Source of the DNA: the human T2T-CHM13v2.0 reference genome, Homo sapiens
Assembly (NCBI RefSeq): GCF_009914755.1
Contig: NC_060926.1
DNA: 64,000 nt
Strand: one strand, 5' to 3'
The notes under the pieces are model-generated. The model was given only the letters and a program-made list of their open reading frames with translations, was not told the DNA's origin and ran no database searches. Below, one piece after another: positions 42,836-55,814 of the stretch (its first letter is position 1; every line of letters begins with the position of its first letter). The translations under genes and the position numbers were made by a program.

Positions 42836-43379
42836 TAAATCTTAAATGATGAACCTGAAAGAATTGGTTAAAAAAAAAAACGAAAAAGCCTCAACCTTTT
42901 GGAGGGGAAGGAAGAGAAATACAATTATGCTGCCATGTGATGTTTGAATATGTAGATAAAACAGGAAGGGAAGGTGGTGTAAGCTGCACAAAAGGAGTAG
43001 AATGCATATTTATCCAGGACTGAACGTGATGGTAGCTCCCTTGAGGACCATTGGCCTCATTACAACTCATCAGTAAAGGGTTAGCTCGCTCAATTTCAAC
43101 CACTCAGTCTTTTTGTATCTTGACACTGAACACTGATGGTTTTGAAGAATGATTGCGTAAGGGCTCACCAGATGTGGTGTGGTTCTCTAACAAAACCTAA
43201 GTGTATGAAAACTGTCAAAGGAGTATTAGAAATGTGCTACCCCCGTGTCTATGTAACTAGTGCATAACGTAAGCACAGCATATATAACAAAGGTATACGT
43301 GAGATAGTCAGTGAGGTTCTGATTTTATTTTCCGTTTCCTCCTCAGGAAGGAAGAAGTGGGAATCATTAGGCATGTCTA

Positions 43380-43980
43380 AGGAAATGGTCTTTGTTTTGT
43401 CCATTTTTTCTACTGTATAGTTACCATTTTTTTCTTTTATAAATTAGTAATTTGTGGGGAGAGATTTTGAGACCAAATAAATATCCTATTCCTTATTAAA
43501 TTTTCCTTCCTAGATTTAGCATTCATTAATGACTTTTTTGCCTCAATTTGTGCTTTGATGGTTGTAAAATAGAGTTTTACTAATCTATCATTCCCTCTAT
43601 ATTTATTAGTCAGCATTCTATTAAAAGGAAACATTTTTCCTTCTTTTGTGTTTACTTATTTAATATCTTTAGTATCTGTATAGACTCCTAGATTCTTTTT
43701 TTATTTGATAAGTTATGGCCCATTACTGTTACTTCTTTTTGTTGTTTGAATCGTCCCAAATTTAGCCAGTAAGAATTCCTTAAAGCTGGCTGTCATGTCC
43801 CTTTAATATGTCCCTATTGTTCTTGAGCAGATCCTTACTTTTTGGTACAGTAAGATGTTCCATGATTGTCTCATACCTTCCCTGCCACACCCTGGAGTCA
43901 GCCTTTCCTCCAAGAAGCCTGATCCCTTTAGGGGACAATGGTATTGTCTAGTAACCAAGGTCTGGACAAGATCTTTTTTT
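43380..43980 (-). mobile_element. Ancient L1MC/MD-type fragment
   Basis: 'gtcccaaatttagccagtaagaattcc...cctggagtcagcctttcctccaagaagcct'. Confidence 0.55.
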
Positions 43981-44010
43981 AAAATTTTGCATCACATGGA
44001 CACTGTCTAA

Positions 44011-44301
<291 letters not shown>

Positions 44302-44329
44302 AATTTTAAAAAATATATCATAGGTGATC

Positions 44330-44820
44330 TGAGTTTAGGATCGGACCCTGAGCCAAGAATTAAAGGGGAAGCTTTTGATGGGAGGATCATGGGTGCTGCT
44401 AGGTGAGGAGAGAGTGAGATAGGAAGGGTACTGACAGGCTGGTTCCACAGGAGACACTTTGGAAAATGGTGCAAAACACACACCTCAAAACCATCCTAGT
44501 CAGGAATGAGAAAGCTGGGGTATTTATACCCCACACCTGTCAGCTGTAGGTCCAGGGCTGCTGTTTGTGGGTAGGGGAGTGCAGAGAAGAGGGATGGATG
44601 GGGGTGGGAAGGTGCAGTCACTCCCAGGCCCCTCTAGTCTGGATCAAGCAGGCTTGCACAGACATGGTAAGGGGGTTGGAGGGTGTGAGCACTGACAATA
44701 TTGGCTACAAGTGATGGCACCACCAGAAAAGGGTGGTGAAGCTGACTGAGAAAACAAAAGAAGCTTGGGCCCTCTGAAGGAAGGTGCACCGAGGGGCCTG
44801 GGGTTTCCTGACTGGGGTGG
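44330..44820 (-). mobile_element. Old ERVL LTR (LTR33/LTR16-like)
   Basis: 'gaccctgagccaagaatt', 'agctggggtatttatacccc'. Confidence 0.5.
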
Positions 44821-45059
44821 TGCATTTTAGACCTTTAGGTCTTTCTGTGCAAAAGCCACTCTGGCTTGGTTGTTACTACTCTGTCCTTTCTTCCACAGAA
44901 ACTTGCCACATGCTTGGCTTCCTTCACTATTGGCTGCTTTCTTTGATCTCTGTTTGTACTGCTGGGCAAGGAACTTTAAAGAGGAATGGTAGTGAGAGTG
45001 TGGGGGTGTGGAGGGGTCACTCATATTGGCTGGAGAACAGGAGAGGAGGAGAGTAGGAG

Positions 45060-46400
45060 CCATCCTTGGTTTCTCACCTTCTTTCTCACCTCACATTCAA
45101 CACTTTAGCAAGTCCAATATCTACATCCCAAGTCTGGCCACCTCTTACCACCCTCATTATTCCACACTAGTCGGGGTTGCCAGGATCTTCCATGTGGATC
45201 ATTGCCGTGGCCTCCCACCTAGTCTCAGTCTCCCCCCATGACCCCTGTTCTTCACACAGCAGGTGGAGTGTGGATATGCCCTGCTCACAACTAACAGCGT
45301 CTGAGGAGGTTCCGAGTCCTTCCTGTGGCTGACAAGCCCCATGCCACCTGCCATCTGGCTGGTGGCTGCCTCTCCGATCCCCTCCCCCAGAACTCTTTCC
45401 CTCCTTTCTTCTCCTTGTTAATTCTGGAAGATGCCAGCTTATTGCCCATTCCAGGCTTTGTGTTGCTATTCCCTCTGCTTGGAATGCTTTTCCACCAGAG
45501 TCACATGGTTCCCTCCTGCCCTGCTTCTTTCCCTCCCTCCCTCCCTCCTTCTCTCCTTCCCTCTCTAATTCCCTCCTCCCTCTCTAATTCCCTCCCTCCC
45601 TCCCTCCTACTCTATCCTCCACTCCCTCCTTCTCCCTTTTCAGGACTTGACTCCAACACCACCACCTTCCCAAACTTCCCATCCATTTACCATTCTGTTC
45701 CTCTAATCTGCTTTATTTACTTTCAAAACCCCACAGAAATCAACAAAGACCACCCAAATGAGAATAAGCAAAGGCTGCTTACTCAGAGCTTGCTATAGCA
45801 AGGCAGCAGCCACCATCACTTCTGTTGGGCCGAGACTCGCGGGCAGGCAGAGGGGTGAGAAAGCTTGAAAGTGGAGAAAAGGGAAGTTCTCAGGGGCACC
45901 CTGACTGGAGGCTGTTGGTGTGGAAAAGCCATAGGCAGCTCACTAGAAGCACAGCATCCTATGTGATTGGTGAGGGACGCATATTTGACTTCCTCTGGTT
46001 TGTCCTGAGTTGGGAGCAGGAACAAAAATTAAGGACAGTCAGTGATTAATCCCGGCCTTGCCATTTGGGGCTGATCATTACCTGGGCTGTTGTTTGGCTT
46101 CCGGGACTGGTTGCTACAGATAGTAGTCTGACTTCCTGAATTGATAACTTTAGATATATAGTAGATTGTCTTCCTGGACTGGTTCTATTTTTATACACAG
46201 TCTGGCCACTGTCCATTTGTATATTCAGTCTCTCAGCACTTATTGTTTACCAGATGTAATATATATTTAGTTTTTAGTTGATGATTGCCTGTGTCACAGA
46301 GGAAGAAAGTTTGGTGAGGAAAGGGGGTCTGGTCTTGTCACTGCTGTCTCTTCTGCTCTGCAAACCATGCCAGGCACATGGTGGGTGCCCAGAAAATGCA
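45060..46400 (+). mobile_element. L2 3' region interrupted by a CT-rich tract (~45520-45640) and an LTR
   Basis: 'ttccctctgcttggaatgctttt', terminal 'catgccaggcacatggtgggtgcccagaaaatg'. Confidence 0.6.
45727..46235 (-). mobile_element. ERVL solo LTR (MER73/MER74-like)
   Basis: Reverse complement starts 'tgagagactgaatatacaaatggacagtggccagac'. Confidence 0.65.
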
Positions 46401-48413
46401 GGTTACATGAGGAGACGATGATGTCTCATCCTTTAGTTAGGTTTCTAAGTGTAAATTGTTTTCAGAAAAGCTTCTGTTTTACTCCTTTTCCTCTTTTTTT
46501 TTTTGGACTGCTTACCCCTCTGGTATTTTGGACTAGCCTAACCACCATCTGAAGAAACTTGGAGAAGGGGCTTACTTAGAGAATACTGGGTATAGGCTTC
46601 AGAGGAAAGACGCCAATGTCTACAGGAGGTAGGCAGGTAAAAGGGTGAGCAAGCCTGGTGGGGTGGGACCATAGTGATGAAGATTCTTTGTTTTGTTGAA
46701 ATACGGTCACCTCCATTCAGAATTGACCAATTTTTAACATGCCAGAATACAGGCCTCCTTTACTTCACTTTCAGAAGAAGCTGGCACCCTGGAGTTTTAC
46801 GTAAATGCTTCTAATATTTAAATGTTAGCCACTCATAAAACACTATGCTATGTACCAGTAAGAGGAAGGGAGAGGGAAAGTAACGTGTCTGTGGATTGCA
46901 TTCAGTCCTTGGGTGGCCAGGCTTGGCCTTTGGTCTAGGCTGTTGCCTCAGATACTCTCTGGAAGTCTCTTTGAGTTTCCCTTCTTTCTACTTTCCTTGA
47001 CCTTCCCCTGGATCAAGGCTGGACATCTGAGAAGAGGAAAGCTGGTGTGAGCCTCCAAACTCCAGCCACTAGAGATTGCACACTGGGTCTTAGCATACCC
47101 GTTTCCTTTCAAATAATTTTCTTCACTAGGAGTCATCTGTAGATTTGAGAAGGGTGATTGCATGAGGCCGTTTTGGCATTGAGCTGATTGTAAGTGAAGC
47201 TGCAGGAGCCAACTCCCTGATTAGAACTGAGATCCTGAAGCCAGATGAATTAATAATGAGGTGATGGGGAGAAAGAGAGACTCCGTGACAGCTCTCTTGT
47301 TTATGTTAAGAGAAATGTTAGTTGCTTTCACTTGAAAAAAAAGATTATTTCTCTAAATTTTAAACCACCGATGATGACTAGAGCAATTAAGCTCATCTTC
47401 CCGGAGTATGGCCCTTCAGGAAAATCATTTTCCTAAGCACTGTTCATTATAGGTTGCATAGGATTGAAAGGTAAGACTTCTGGTTAATGCAGATTATAAA
47501 ATGAGGGAGGAAAGAGCAGAGAAGTTATCGCATGTCATCAGAGGTATCGCTTAAGAGCCCAACAAAAATGATATTCAAAATGGATTTTTCCCCTCTAATT
47601 ACAGAAAAACACCAAAATGCAAACCATATAGTTTTGTAATATTTAAAAAGCTATTGTATTAGGCTAAATCTAAGCATAACAAAACAGCTATCCACTGTTT
47701 TTAGAAGTGAGAGATAAATCATAGTTTTAAGTTGTAGTTGTAAGGTTAGCATTTTGCCAAATTCTGTGGTGGTAGCAAACCCCATATTTATTTGAAATTG
47801 CTTGAATTTTTATTCCCCCAGCCCTGATTGAGCTAATTAGAACCCACTGGGAATTATGTGGGTAATGGCAGGAATTGTGGAAGTATAAATATGCAATGCA
47901 ATTAGCTCCTGCTCTTTTTCTGTGTGATGCAATCTTGGCACTTATGGGCTTGCTAAAGGCCTGGAACAATAGGAACCATTGAGACTCAAGCTGCTAGGGG
48001 AGTCCATAATTATGATATAATAACTTGCCAGCCTCTTGCATGCGCGGAGGTAGAATGTAATATGAGTAAATTAAACCCAGTAATTTTCTCCATTCGTAAT
48101 TCTTTATATCAATAGCTTATTTTTCTCTATTCTCTCTCCTATTTTCTCCCCCAAAGAAGATAGAAACTTATTTGTGTGAGCATTTTATATACTGTTGAAG
48201 GACTTCATCTTCATGGGAATAAATTTGGTTTGCAATCAGTTAATTGAAAGTTTTTCTCAGTGTTATTACAAATTGAAGAAAGCTATTCTGCAATGCCCTC
48301 TGCCTATCACATGCAGATTTCTTCGACTTTGCTTTCTACTGTTGTGTGAGTTCATGCCAGGAGATACTTGAATTTTGCCATGTATTCCTTAATTTGTTAG
48401 GACTGTACCCAGG

Positions 48414-49092
48414 CTGGGCCAACTTCATGGGCACATGACTTGTGTTGTCTCACTCTTAAAGTTTCATTTAAAACTAACATTATACAATATAAAGATGAAC
48501 AATAAAATCTTACTAATAATTTCAATATTTAACTTTTTTTTTTTTTTACTTAGAATGACATTAAATAGCAAATAAAAGATATCATGACAAGTCAAGAGAG
48601 AGACTTTAGAACAAAGAAAAAAGATTTATATTTTAGTACCTTTAGTGTATTTGTCCATGTTCATAATGCTATGAAGAAATATCTGAGACTGGGTGATTTA
48701 TAAAGAGAAAGAGGTTTAATGGACTCACAGTTTCACATGGCTGGGGAGGCCTCATAATCATGGTGGAAGGCGAATGAGGAGCAAAACCACATCTTACATG
48801 GCAGCAGACGAGGGCGTGTGCAGGGAAACTACCCTTTATAAAACCATCAGATCTCATGAGACTTATTCACTATCTTGAGAACAGCATGGGAAAACCCACT
48901 TCCATGATTTAATTACCTCCCATTGGGTCCCTCCCACAACACAGGGGACTATGGGAGCTATAATTCAAGATGAGAGTTGGGTGGGGACACAGCCAAACTG
49001 TATCATTCAGTATTACTTTTTCCTGCTTTTTGAACAAGGGGTCTCAAATTTGCATTTTGCACCAGGCCCCATAAGTTATGTAGCTCATTCTG
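48414..49092. mobile_element. hAT-Tip100 element (MER91/Zaphod-like) containing a THE1 LTR
   Basis: Perfect 8-bp TSD tacccagg (48406-48413, 49093-49100); 'ggccaacttcatgggc' and 'ttgaacaagggg...cattttgcaccaggcccc'. Confidence 0.78.
48646..49005 (-). mobile_element. THE1 (B/C) solo LTR
   Basis: 'aaaccatcagatctcatgagacttattcactat'; near-TSD tttag/ttcag. Confidence 0.9.
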
Positions 49093-49380
49093 TACCCAGG
49101 TACAGATAGGTGGAATTCAGAGATTGATGCATTAATTCAGCAACATTGACCGAATACCTGATCTGTATATCATTAGTGCCAGGTGTACAAGATGCAAAAT
49201 ACGAAGGAGCTTCCTGGTTGCCAGAGACATACCTGCAGTCAGTTCTTAAAGGTGCTGGGTCTTTGGGCGTCAAGGCCCAAATAAGGGAGAAGGAGTGAAT
49301 TCACAGTTGTGCCTGGTCTTGGAGGAGTCTAGAAAGAATGCAAACTCAGATTGCATCAGAGTATTTGAACTTGTAAGACA

Positions 49381-49502
49381 TTTTATTATTTTTTAAATTA
49401 TTTTTTATTTTTTTGGTGAGAACATGTGAAAATCTCTTTTGGCAATATTCAAGTATAAAATACGTTGTTATTAACTGTAGTCATCATGTTATACAATAGA
49501 TC
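49381..49502 (-). mobile_element. Very short L1MA-type 3' end
   Basis: 'ttattaactgtagtcatcatgttatacaatagatc'; TSD tgtaagaca (49372-49380, 49503-49511). Confidence 0.7.
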
Positions 49503-49897
49503 TGTAAGACACTTTAGAAACCCTTTGTTAAGATGAAACCAAATAATTAGAAGTACCATTGCAGAGACTGGAGGCTTTCTTATCCTCTACTGTATCCTCA
49601 TAGGTTCATGAGGAATGTCCAGCAATTACCTTTATTCAGATTTGAGGTAGTGACTATATTCTGCTGGTAAATATCAAAACTAGGGTTGAAACCCATGTCA
49701 TCTGATTTCAAATACTGTTCCATTCCATTCCTATTTTCTATTCCACCTCAATCCTCAATTTGACAACTGTTTCTACTTTTATTAAGATACTGTTACTGAT
49801 ATTAAGAAGTTAGAAAATGATATAATATTTTGTAGAATATCTTGCTTTTTACTTCATAGCAAAACTTATGTAAGAGTTCTCTTACAGAGAAAATTCT

Positions 49898-50205
49898 AGC
49901 TGGGTTTGGTGGCTCACATCTGTAATCCCAGCATGTTGGGAGGTCAAGGAGGGTGGATTGCTTGAGCCCAGAGTTCAAGATCAGCCTGGGCAAAATGGTG
50001 AAACCCCTCCTCTACAAAAAATCCAAAAACTAGGTGGGTGTTGTGGGTCGTGCTTGTAGTCCCAGCTACTACAGAGGCTGAGGTGGGAGAATCACCTGAG
50101 ACCAGGAAATTGAGACTGCCATGAGCCATGATTACACCACTGGACTCCAGCCTGGGCAACAGAGTGAGACTCTATCTGTCTCGCAAATAAACAAAATAAA
50201 TAAAT
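49898..50205 (+). mobile_element. Alu (AluJb-like)
   Basis: Full dimer, A-rich tail; near-TSD gaaaattcta/aaaaactcta. Confidence 0.9.
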
Positions 50206-50314
50206 GAAAGAAAAACTCTATTAGTGTGTTTAAATAATAATTTCTTTTAGAAAAACCAACTTCTCCCTGACCACTACCACCCCGGCTGAGGAATGGCTGT
50301 GGTCTGGAGCCAGC

Positions 50315-51200
50315 CTTGTGGTGTGGAAAAAGCACAGGCTTTGCAGTCAGGCCTGGGTAGAATCTGAATCTGACTTCGAAGAGCCATATAACCCAGTGAC
50401 TGTCATTTGCCTCCTTGAGCCTCAGTTTCCTCATCTGTAAAATGGGGGCAGCAAGGACTGCCTCATGGCGATATCATGAGGTTGTAGTGTACCCAACAGC
50501 TACTGGGTCCTCAGGGAATGTTGTTTCCTTCTTTTAAGAGACAAAACATCTTTTCTGTCTTTTCTCTAATTCTCTTAAAGCTGTTATGTGAAATTGCTTA
50601 TTTTATTGGGTATTTTATCTCTTTTATACCTAAAAATTTTATGTTACTTTAAACTTTCTATTAATCTATTGATACAGGGAGACAAAGATGATTCTTCAAT
50701 TTCATTACTTTCTTCTGTGTTCACTTTCCATCCCAATAGAGAAATCCCAGGATACTAAAAATTTGGGAGGAGGTATCAGAGTCATAGAGTTGAATAATTT
50801 TACAATTGAAAGGCACTTTGAAGATCATCATAATAGGTTACATATAGAAAGGGCTTTACTCTGGGCCAGGCACTGTCCTGGCACTTTCCATGTACCTTCT
50901 GTTAACTCTCATGAGGAGTCTTTGAGGGAAGTCTGTTATTGTCTCCATTTCACAGATAAGGAAACTGAGGGACACAATTAAGTTATCCAAGGTCACCTTG
51001 GCTGGCCCAGAGACCACACCCTGATCACTATGCTAAACTGCCTTAATCATGCTGTGTTCCACATTTTTTTGTATTTTACAGATGATAAGCTGTGGCTGCA
51101 AAGAATAACTGACTTCCCAAGGTCATGTAGGTGCTTAAATGCAGGTTCAGGACTGGAACCCCAGGATCTTGACTGCCCAGTGCAAAGCTCTTTCTACTCC
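50315..51200. mobile_element. Three MIR copies (50315-50530 +; 50840-51040 -; 51070-51200 -)
   Basis: 'gagcctcagtttcctcatctgtaaaatggg', 'catttcacagataaggaaactgagg', 'ttttacagatgataagctgtggct'. Confidence 0.75.
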
Positions 51201-51929
51201 CCCTAGAATTACTGGCAGGACAGGCTCATGAGAGGGTCAAACTGGGAACCATCTGAGCTAGATAATATTTCTATTCCTGTGTCTTTCATTAAAGATGCAT
51301 GATTTTTGTAATTCTTTGCTTTAACAGTAATTGCTGAAGGAACCTGGGCAGGAGGAGATAAGCCAGTATATCTGCCTGTTGAGCCTACAGTTAAAAATAA
51401 TTGTAAGAGAACATGGTGATGCTTCAGATGCTGTAAGGTGGTGGGACATTTTCAAATCATAACTTTTCACATTATTCAGTTCTAGTATAGAGGAAAAACC
51501 TATAGATGGAACGGAAAGAGAGTAGGAAAAGACAAGCCAAATGTTGTCCACTAGTTTCCTTCATAAAAAATACCTGACCGAAGGTAGAGGCCAGTGAAAT
51601 TTGGATCTAGAGGTTCACCAAAATTATTTATTGACTACGCTCTCACTTTCCCAAAGGGAATTTGGTATGTACAATGAGATTAGTAAATCAGGTTCATAAC
51701 CTATCGTGTAGCCTGAGAATGAAGAGAAAGCAAGGAGGCCAGCTGTAAGGGGCGATGCTATTGTGGTTGGGGAGCAGAACCTTTTGTCTGAGCTTCCCAG
51801 CTGCCAAATGAGAGGGAGGCATTTTCATTAATCAGAAGGGAAGGAGCATAGCAACGGTGATTAGATGAGACAAAATTTATTTGAATGAAATTCAAAAGGT
51901 GGTTTCTCCCAAAGTAGCAGAACAGAACT

Positions 51930-51960
51930 TACATTAGTCAGGGTTCTCAAGAGAAACAGA

Positions 51961-52019
<59 letters not shown>

Positions 52020-52721
52020 ACATCTGTCTATCTACCAAATCTATCTAATCTAACCTATGGGTCTATTTATCTATCTAATGTAATCTGTCTATACCTATCA
52101 AATCTATCTATTTAATCTATCTGTCTAATCTATCTAATCTATCCTATTGGTGTACACACACACACACACATACACACACATACACAAATATAAGGATACA
52201 TCATTCCTTATAATAAATCTCTTTTGGTCTCCCTATCTATCTTTAAATAGATATTTATATTTAGATAGAGTTAGAGATAAAATTAGATTGATTATAAGAG
52301 ATTGGCTCATGTGATTGTGGAGTCTGAGAAATTCCAAGACCTGCAGCAGCAAGCTGGAGACCCAGGAGAAATGATGGTGTGGTTCCACTCCAAATTCAAA
52401 GACTGAGAAGCAGGAGAGCTGAAGGTGTATGTTTTAGTCTGAATCTTAGTCCGAAGGCTTCTGCCTTCTGATGTCCCAGCTCAAAGACAGTTATGCAGAG
52501 AGAGCAGATTCTTTCTTACTCAGCCTTTTCATTCTATTCAGGCCTTCAACAGATTGGATGAGGCCTGCCCAGCTGGGAGGGCAATCTGCTTTACTCAGTC
52601 TACCAATTCAAATGATAAGCTCATCCAAAACACCCTCACAGACACATCTAGAATCATGTTTAACCAAATATCAGAGCACCTTGTGGCCCAGTCAAGTTGA
52701 CACATAAAATTAACCATCACA
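51930..52721 (-). mobile_element. ERVL solo LTR, MLT2B-like, with a rearranged internal microsatellite
   Basis: 'ttagtcagggttctcaagagaaacaga' ... 'cccagtcaagttgacacataaaattaaccatcaca'. Confidence 0.88.
51961..52016. repeat. Perfect (ATCT)14 tetranucleotide STR, followed by degenerate units and (AC)n
   Basis: Direct reading. Confidence 0.95.
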
Positions 52722-53538
52722 ATCCCCTTCTTTTTCAAACATAATCTTTCAAACATAACCTTAATTCAGGAGACAGATAAGAATCAGGATTCTGTACTAG
52801 TATCAATCTATGTAGTATCAAGAGTTCAGGTTGATTATTTACTTATTGTAAACAGCCAGTGAGGGGAAATGAGACTTTTGGTGAACACAAAAATATGGAA
52901 TCTGGGGTTATGGAGGGCAGTTGCAATCTTACATCAGCCTCAGGGCCCAACCTTCTGCCTTGTGACTTGATTGCATGATACTCACAGAAGTCTCACAGAC
53001 AAGTAGCTATGAAATGTAACTTTTTATGTGTGGCTTGCCTTGATATAGCAGAATGTGTTTCCATTAAACTCATTTGGAAGACAAAAGGAGAAACAGTAGG
53101 GGATGTTTGTTTCAAGGTTAAAGAAGTGATTATATGGACTCATGTTTACTTATAAGCATCATAAAAAAGCACTGAGGACTTAAAACAAGCTGTAGAGAAA
53201 CTCTACGTTGTCACTTGTCATCATGCAGCTCTCTCAGTTGGATCTAGATCTGAAGAGATGAGCCTGGCTGGCCTGGCACTTGAGTGATGGACATGTGGAC
53301 TGTAGCAGTCATACTGTTCCTCTGATGTGGTTTTCTATCCACAGGGTTGGAATTTTTCAAAAGGTGCAATGTAAAACAACACACTTTCTGGTTAGTAACA
53401 TAGTTACTGTTATTACTAGCTAACAGTTTACTTCTATTCCTTACATGTGCTGGACACTTTCTTGAATGGTGGACACCTTCTCTCACTCTCTGTCTCTACA
53501 CACACACTTACATCCACACACCTACACACACACAAACG

Positions 53539-53760
53539 TAGATGCTCTTTACTCCACAGTGGGGCCATGTCCTGATAAACCCATCATAAGTCAAAAATAT
53601 CACAAGTCAAGATGCATTTAATGCCCTGATAAAACCGATAGCTTTAAAAATTAAGTTGAACCATTCACTTCCAGATGCTCCTCAACTTACGATGGGTTAC
53701 ATCCTCCTTGTAAAGTTGAAAAAATCTTAAGTCAAATCATTGTAAGTTGGGGACAAACTT
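53539..53760 (+). mobile_element. MER47-family Tigger MITE
   Basis: 'cctgataaacccatcataagtc', 'cagatgctcctcaacttacgatggg', 'tgtaagttggggac'. Confidence 0.7.
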
Positions 53761-53767
53761 TATGTAA

Positions 53768-54344
53768 CGGTAGGACCTCAAATAATGTCATTTTGCTCAA
53801 CATTGTTTCATCATAACGTCGATGAGAAAAAAGAATCAATTCCTGCTGGGCCACTACCTGTGTGGAGTCAGCACGTTCACCCCATGTCTGTGTGAGTTTT
53901 CTCTGGGGACTCCAATTTCTTCTCATATCCCCGAGCTGTGCACATGGGGTGAATTGGTGTGTCTGCATTGTCCCAGCATGAGTGAATGTGGGTGTGTGAG
54001 GGTGCACCCTGCGATGGAACTGTGTCCTGTCCAGGGTTGCTTCCTGCCTGGCACCCTGAGCTGCTGGGATAGGCTCCAGCCACCCTTGACCCTGAGCTGG
54101 AATAAGAGGATAAATAATTATCTTACTTATTTTTACCAATCTTTCTTAAATGTCTGTACAGCTCCCATTTATTTCAATGTTTAATATTAGAAGTGTTTTG
54201 GTCTTCATTAGGAAGTTTGGTGATGTTTTCATTCCTGGAAATATGCTGTAGGAACTTAACTCATTTATATCAATTAGCTTGTGGTAAAATTGGTAAAGTT
54301 GCAGTTGCCAAAACCTATGGATGATCTTAAGAGAGGACTTAATG
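53768..54344 (+). mobile_element. MER6A (TcMar-Tigger)
   Basis: 'gatgagaaaaaagaatcaattcc...tgtgtggagtcagcacgttcaccccatgtctg...ccctgcgatggaac...gggataggctccagcc'. Confidence 0.85.
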
Positions 54345-54767
54345 TATATTCATTTGCTAGGGCTGCTGTAATATGCAACAGAATACCACACACCTGGTGG
54401 GTTTAACAACAAAAACTTACTTTCTCACAGTTCTGGAGGCTGGAAGTCTGAGATCAAGGTGTTGGCAGGTTTGGTTCCTTGTGAGGGCCGTGGTGAAAGG
54501 ATCTGTTCTAGGCTTCTCTCCTTGGTTTGTGGATGGCTATCTTCTCCCTGTGTCTTCACATTGTCTTCCCTCTGTACGTATCTGTGTCCAGATTTTCTCT
54601 TCTTATAAGGACACCAAGTATATTGAATTAGGGCCCATGCTAATCACTTCATTTTAACTTGATAACCTCTGCAAAGATCTTATCTCCAAATAAAGTTACC
54701 TTCTGAGGTACTGGGGTTTAGAATGTTAATATATGAATTTTGGGGGAACATAATTCAACCCATAACA
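54345..54767 (-). mobile_element. MLT1A/A0-like MaLR solo LTR
   Basis: 'tctcacagttctggaggctggaagtctgagatcaagg...ttctgaggtactgggg...caacccataaca'. Confidence 0.85.
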
Positions 54768-54912
54768 CATATATAGTCATATATGTGTGTGTGTATATAT
54801 ATATATGTGTGTGTGTATTTGTGTGTGTATACATATGTTTAGTATATACGCATATAAATTTGTGCATGTGTATATATGTATACATGTCGTATACATATAT
54901 ACACATACACAT
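54768..54912. repeat. Mixed (TA)/(TG) simple repeat
   Basis: Direct reading. Confidence 0.9.
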
Positions 54913-55814
54913 AAACTCATTTAATCTTCAAAACAGCATTTGAGGTAGGTACTATAATTATTTGCCCTTCAAATGCGGTAAAAATGAGGCACAAAGAAGT
55001 TAAAGAACTTGGGCAGTGCCCCACAGCTACAAAGTTCTGGAGCTAAGATCTGAACCCTGGAAACTGGCTCCCAAGATTGTGACAAGGTTCACAGAACAGT
55101 GAGCTTCCCTAGCAGCACATGGTAAGACATCAATAGAATGCAAAGGGTGAAAATCAGGGATTTAGTCTACTGAGTTTAGAGCATATAGTTTTCTGAATAT
55201 GTTGCAGCACTTCAGAAGCAAGATGTGGCTTGGAAAATCTCATCTGCTTGGGGTACTTATTAGAAGTCAGTTATGGCCTGACCCAAGCAGTAGCCCATAG
55301 CCCATAGGGCATCTGCACTAACCTTCTACCTTGCTAGCCTGGGCTGCCAGATGCCTGTGCACTCAGTCAGCTGGCTGTCATGTACATGCCCAACTCTAGG
55401 TATTTCCGAAAATAAATAAAACAATGAGGAGTCGTTGTTGACCCAAAGTGTAAAGACCCCATTTGGGACATGGTGGCTGAGGTCATGGGATAAAAGAAGT
55501 GTGGCCTTCACCTGGTCCAGGTTTGGGATCATAGACAGAGGTCCATGTTCTCTCCTTCCACCAGTGGGTGGCTCTTCCTTCAGAATATCATCAGGATGGC
55601 ATGAAAGAAAGTGCAAGCCACTAGAGATATGACACTTTAGGCTACTGTCTGCTCCCCAATTGTCTTTCTAACCTTGGAGACGCTGTGTGACCTCACTGTG
55701 TTTCAGTTTCCTTATCTGCAAAGTGATACTTGTTGACTAAGTCGTTTGTCTGTTGAAGAGTCTTTGTTGAGGGCCATCCATGTGATGGGCACTGCGGGGC
55801 ACAGAAGTCTAAAA

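Noticed and set aside
45325-45798. 157-aa Pro/Ser/Leu-rich ORF
   Set aside because: Arises from a CT-rich low-complexity tract within L2.
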